Assembly: GCA_963667725.2 (NCBI GenBank)
Contig: CAXXHO010000003.1
Span: 1,280,001-1,344,000 of the forward strand
Source of the DNA: Treponemataceae bacterium
Lineage (GTDB): Bacteria; Spirochaetota; Spirochaetia; Treponematales; Rectinemataceae
Direction: 5' to 3'
DNA: 64,000 bases
Positions 61,889 to 64,000 of the stretch are shown piece by piece (the first letter of the stretch is position 1; every line of letters starts with the position of its first letter). The notes beneath the pieces were generated by a model. That model saw nothing but the letters and a program-made list of their open reading frames with translations, searched no databases and had not been told where the DNA came from. The position numbers and the translations under genes are program-made.

Positions 61889-63028
61889 TTATATCGTTGC
61901 CATGATGAAGATGAGGGGCACGAGGGCCAAGACCATGCCGCCGGCTATGACCGATCCCAGCTGGCCGGAAACATTGGAGCCGATGGCATGCATGAGGATG
62001 ATGTTGCCCTTTTCCTCTTCATTCGCCATCTTCTGAATGATGCGGCCGGACATCGGGAAGGCAGAGATTCCGCAGGCGCCTATCATTGGGTTAATTTTCT
62101 TGTCTTTGGGAAGGAAGAGATTGACGAACTTGGCGAAGAGCACGCCGCCAGCCGTATCGAATATGAAAGCCACGAGGCCCATGCCCATGATGAGGAAGGT
62201 CTTCCATGTGAGGAAGTTCACGGCTGTCATGGAGGCGCCTATCGTGATGCCCAGGAGAAGCGTCACGAGATAGGCCAATTCGTTCTGGGCGGTCTGGGAG
62301 AGCCGCTCGAGGACGCCGGACTCGCGGATCAAGTTGCCGAACATCAACGAGCCGATGAGGGGAACCGAGATCGGGGCCACAAAACCGGAGATCATCGTAA
62401 CGAGTATGGGGAAAAGCACCTTGAGCCACTTGGGCGAATTGGATTCATGATAGGCCATATGGATCTTTCTCTCGCTGCTCGTCGTCAGCGCCTTGATTAC
62501 GGGCGGCTGGATAAGGGGCACGAGTGACATGTAGGAATAGGCCGCTACCGAGATGGGCGCCAATAGATGAGGGGCAAAGATGTTGGCGACGAAGATGGAG
62601 GTGGGACCGTCGGCTGCGCCGATGATGCCGATGCTCGCCGCTTCCTTGAGGTCGAAACCAAGCATCGTCGCTATGATCATCGTCGCGAAGATGCCGAACT
62701 GAGCGGCCGCGCCGAAGAAGATCATCATCGGGTTCTTGAACAACGGCCCGAAATCGATCATCGCGCCTACCGCGATGAAAATCAGAAGCGGGAAGATTTC
62801 AGTGGCTATGCCCATGTTGTAGAGAATCTTGAGGAATCCATCGGCGCCGGCATGTTCCCATACGACGGAGAGCGGCAAATTGACCAGGATGGCGCCAAAA
62901 CCGATCGGGAGAAGGAGCATGGGTTCATATTCCTTGTTGATAGCCAACCAGATGAGAACACCCCCGATCCCGTACATAACAAGCATCTGCCATGTTATGG
63001 ATGTAAAACCTATGAAAACATCCTGCAT
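61889..63028 (-). CDS. Na+-translocating decarboxylase beta subunit (OadB/GcdB/MmdB family)
   Basis: YEPMLLLPIGFGAILVN, FPLLIF..VGAMIDF, GAAAQFGIF, IGIIGAADGPT, VAAYSYMSLVP and NPMIGACGISAFPM motifs. Confidence 0.92.
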   Translation of the reverse strand: MQDVFIGFTSITWQMLVMYGIGGVLIWLAINKEYEPMLLLPIGFGAILVNLPLSVVWEHAGADGFLKILYNMGIATEIFPLLIFIAVGAMIDFGPLFKNPMMIFFGAAAQFGIFATMIIATMLGFDLKEAASIGIIGAADGPTSIFVANIFAPHLLAPISVAAYSYMSLVPLIQPPVIKALTTSSERKIHMAYHESNSPKWLKVLFPILVTMISGFVAPISVPLIGSLMFGNLIRESGVLERLSQTAQNELAYLVTLLLGITIGASMTAVNFLTWKTFLIMGMGLVAFIFDTAGGVLFAKFVNLFLPKDKKINPMIGACGISAFPMSGRIIQKMANEEEKGNIILMHAIGSNVSGQLGSVIAGGMVLALVPLIFIMATI

Positions 63029-63101
63029 TTCGAGACGTTCCTTTCCGAACCAAAAGCCGGGCGGCTCAAGATATCGGTAATAATAATGACGAATCGGAAA
63101 A

Positions 63102-63130
63102 ATTTTATCTTATTACTTCCCTTTTCGCAA
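63102..63130 (-). promoter_or_regulatory. Sigma70-type promoter of the oadB-like gene
   Basis: TTGCGA-17 nt-TAAAAT, 73 nt upstream of the ATG. Confidence 0.55.
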
Positions 63131-63239
63131 TCCTGCAGAACCCGCAAAACATTATTTAATCTGCTCTGAAGGCCGCCGACGGAACAGAGAGAGCGACGCT
63201 AGAACAGCGAAAGCCCGCGATGCTATGATAATGATCAGT

Positions 63240-64000
63240 ATGAACAGCGATACCACGGTAGCGGTCGGACTATCAGGCGGGGTGGACTCCGCCCTAGCCG
63301 CCGCGATTCTGAAAGATGAAGGATACAAGGTCATCGGCCTCACCATGAAAATATGGAAAGGCGCCTATAAGATTCAGGAAGGCCTTAAACACGCGTGCTT
63401 CGGTCCAGGCGAAGAAGAGGATATCGCTGCCTGCGAAAGGCTTTCCGCTCAGCTCGGAATCGAATACAGGGTAATCGACCTATCTGAAGAATATGAAAAG
63501 CACGTCATCGAGTACTTCCGGAAAGAATATCTTGAAGGCCGGACGCCCAACCCCTGCGTCATCTGCAATAGGGAGCTGAAATTCGGTTTCCTGATCGATA
63601 GGGCTCATGACGCAGGGCTTGAGTTCGACTTCTTCGCCACGGGCCATTACGCGCGAAAAGAAGTCCGCCATGGGATCAGCTTTGTCCGGACGGCCGTGGA
63701 TTCCGCCAAAGACCAGACCTACTTCCTCTACGGCCTCGAATCCCCCAGGCTGGAAAAAATCCTATTTCCCCTCGGCATGATGACGAAGGATGAAGTGAGA
63801 AAACTTGCCCGTTCTCATGGCCTGGAGGTGGCGGAAAAACCGGAAAGCCAGGACTTCGTAGCCGGCGGCGACTACGCTCCCCTTTTTGAAAGCGAAACGC
63901 CCGCTACTGGCGATATCGTCGATACCGCGGGTAACGTTCTAGGAAAACATAAGGGCCTGCCTTACTACACGATAGGCCAACGAAGGGGAATCGGCATCAG
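63240..64000 (+). CDS. mnmA: tRNA 2-thiouridine synthase MnmA, 3' end outside window (absent from the ORF track)
   Basis: Translated by hand: VAVGLSGGVDS, GRTPNPCVICN, ATGHYA, KDQTYFL, FPLG and YYTIGQRRG. Confidence 0.92.
   Translation, partial: MNSDTTVAVGLSGGVDSALAAAILKDEGYKVIGLTMKIWKGAYKIQEGLKHACFGPGEEEDIAACERLSAQLGIEYRVIDLSEEYEKHVIEYFRKEYLEGRTPNPCVICNRELKFGFLIDRAHDAGLEFDFFATGHYARKEVRHGISFVRTAVDSAKDQTYFLYGLESPRLEKILFPLGMMTKDEVRKLARSHGLEVAEKPESQDFVAGGDYAPLFESETPATGDIVDTAGNVLGKHKGLPYYTIGQRRGIGI

Overview
A 64-kb stretch of densely packed core chromosome from a GC-rich, probably anaerobic spirochaete. The 16S signatures, long archaeal/eukaryote-type PheS with short PheT, and UDPGP-family uridylyltransferase point to Spirochaetales, most likely Treponema/Rectinema-like; this is inferred without a database search. 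The window holds about 47 CDS, one complete minus-strand rRNA operon (16S-tRNA-Ile-23S-5S) and tRNA-Val(TAC). Housekeeping genes include lon, gpmI, apt, recN, nadK, comM, pheST, phoH-HD-ybeY-corC, an lptD-like gene, uvrA, ychF and mnmA. I saw no mobile elements, CRISPR arrays, prophage or defence genes. The best candidates for undescribed systems are: (1) a five-gene LolD/LolCE-like ABC + LolA-like + beta-barrel trans-envelope module (54327-60230); (2) a 990-aa pseudo-receiver/receiver/PPDK ATP-grasp protein that, with gdhA, brackets an aromatic amino acid cluster with Bacteroidota-like features (29048-39887); (3) a stand-alone Na+-decarboxylase beta subunit with a 63-aa membrane partner. Other observations are several apparently catalytically degenerate proteins (DegT-like lacking its Lys, M23-like lacking Zn ligands, MnmA lacking the distal Cys) and several apparently leaderless genes. 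Annotations come from reading motifs by eye; start codons were adjusted from the ORF track where RBS or overlap evidence favoured another start.
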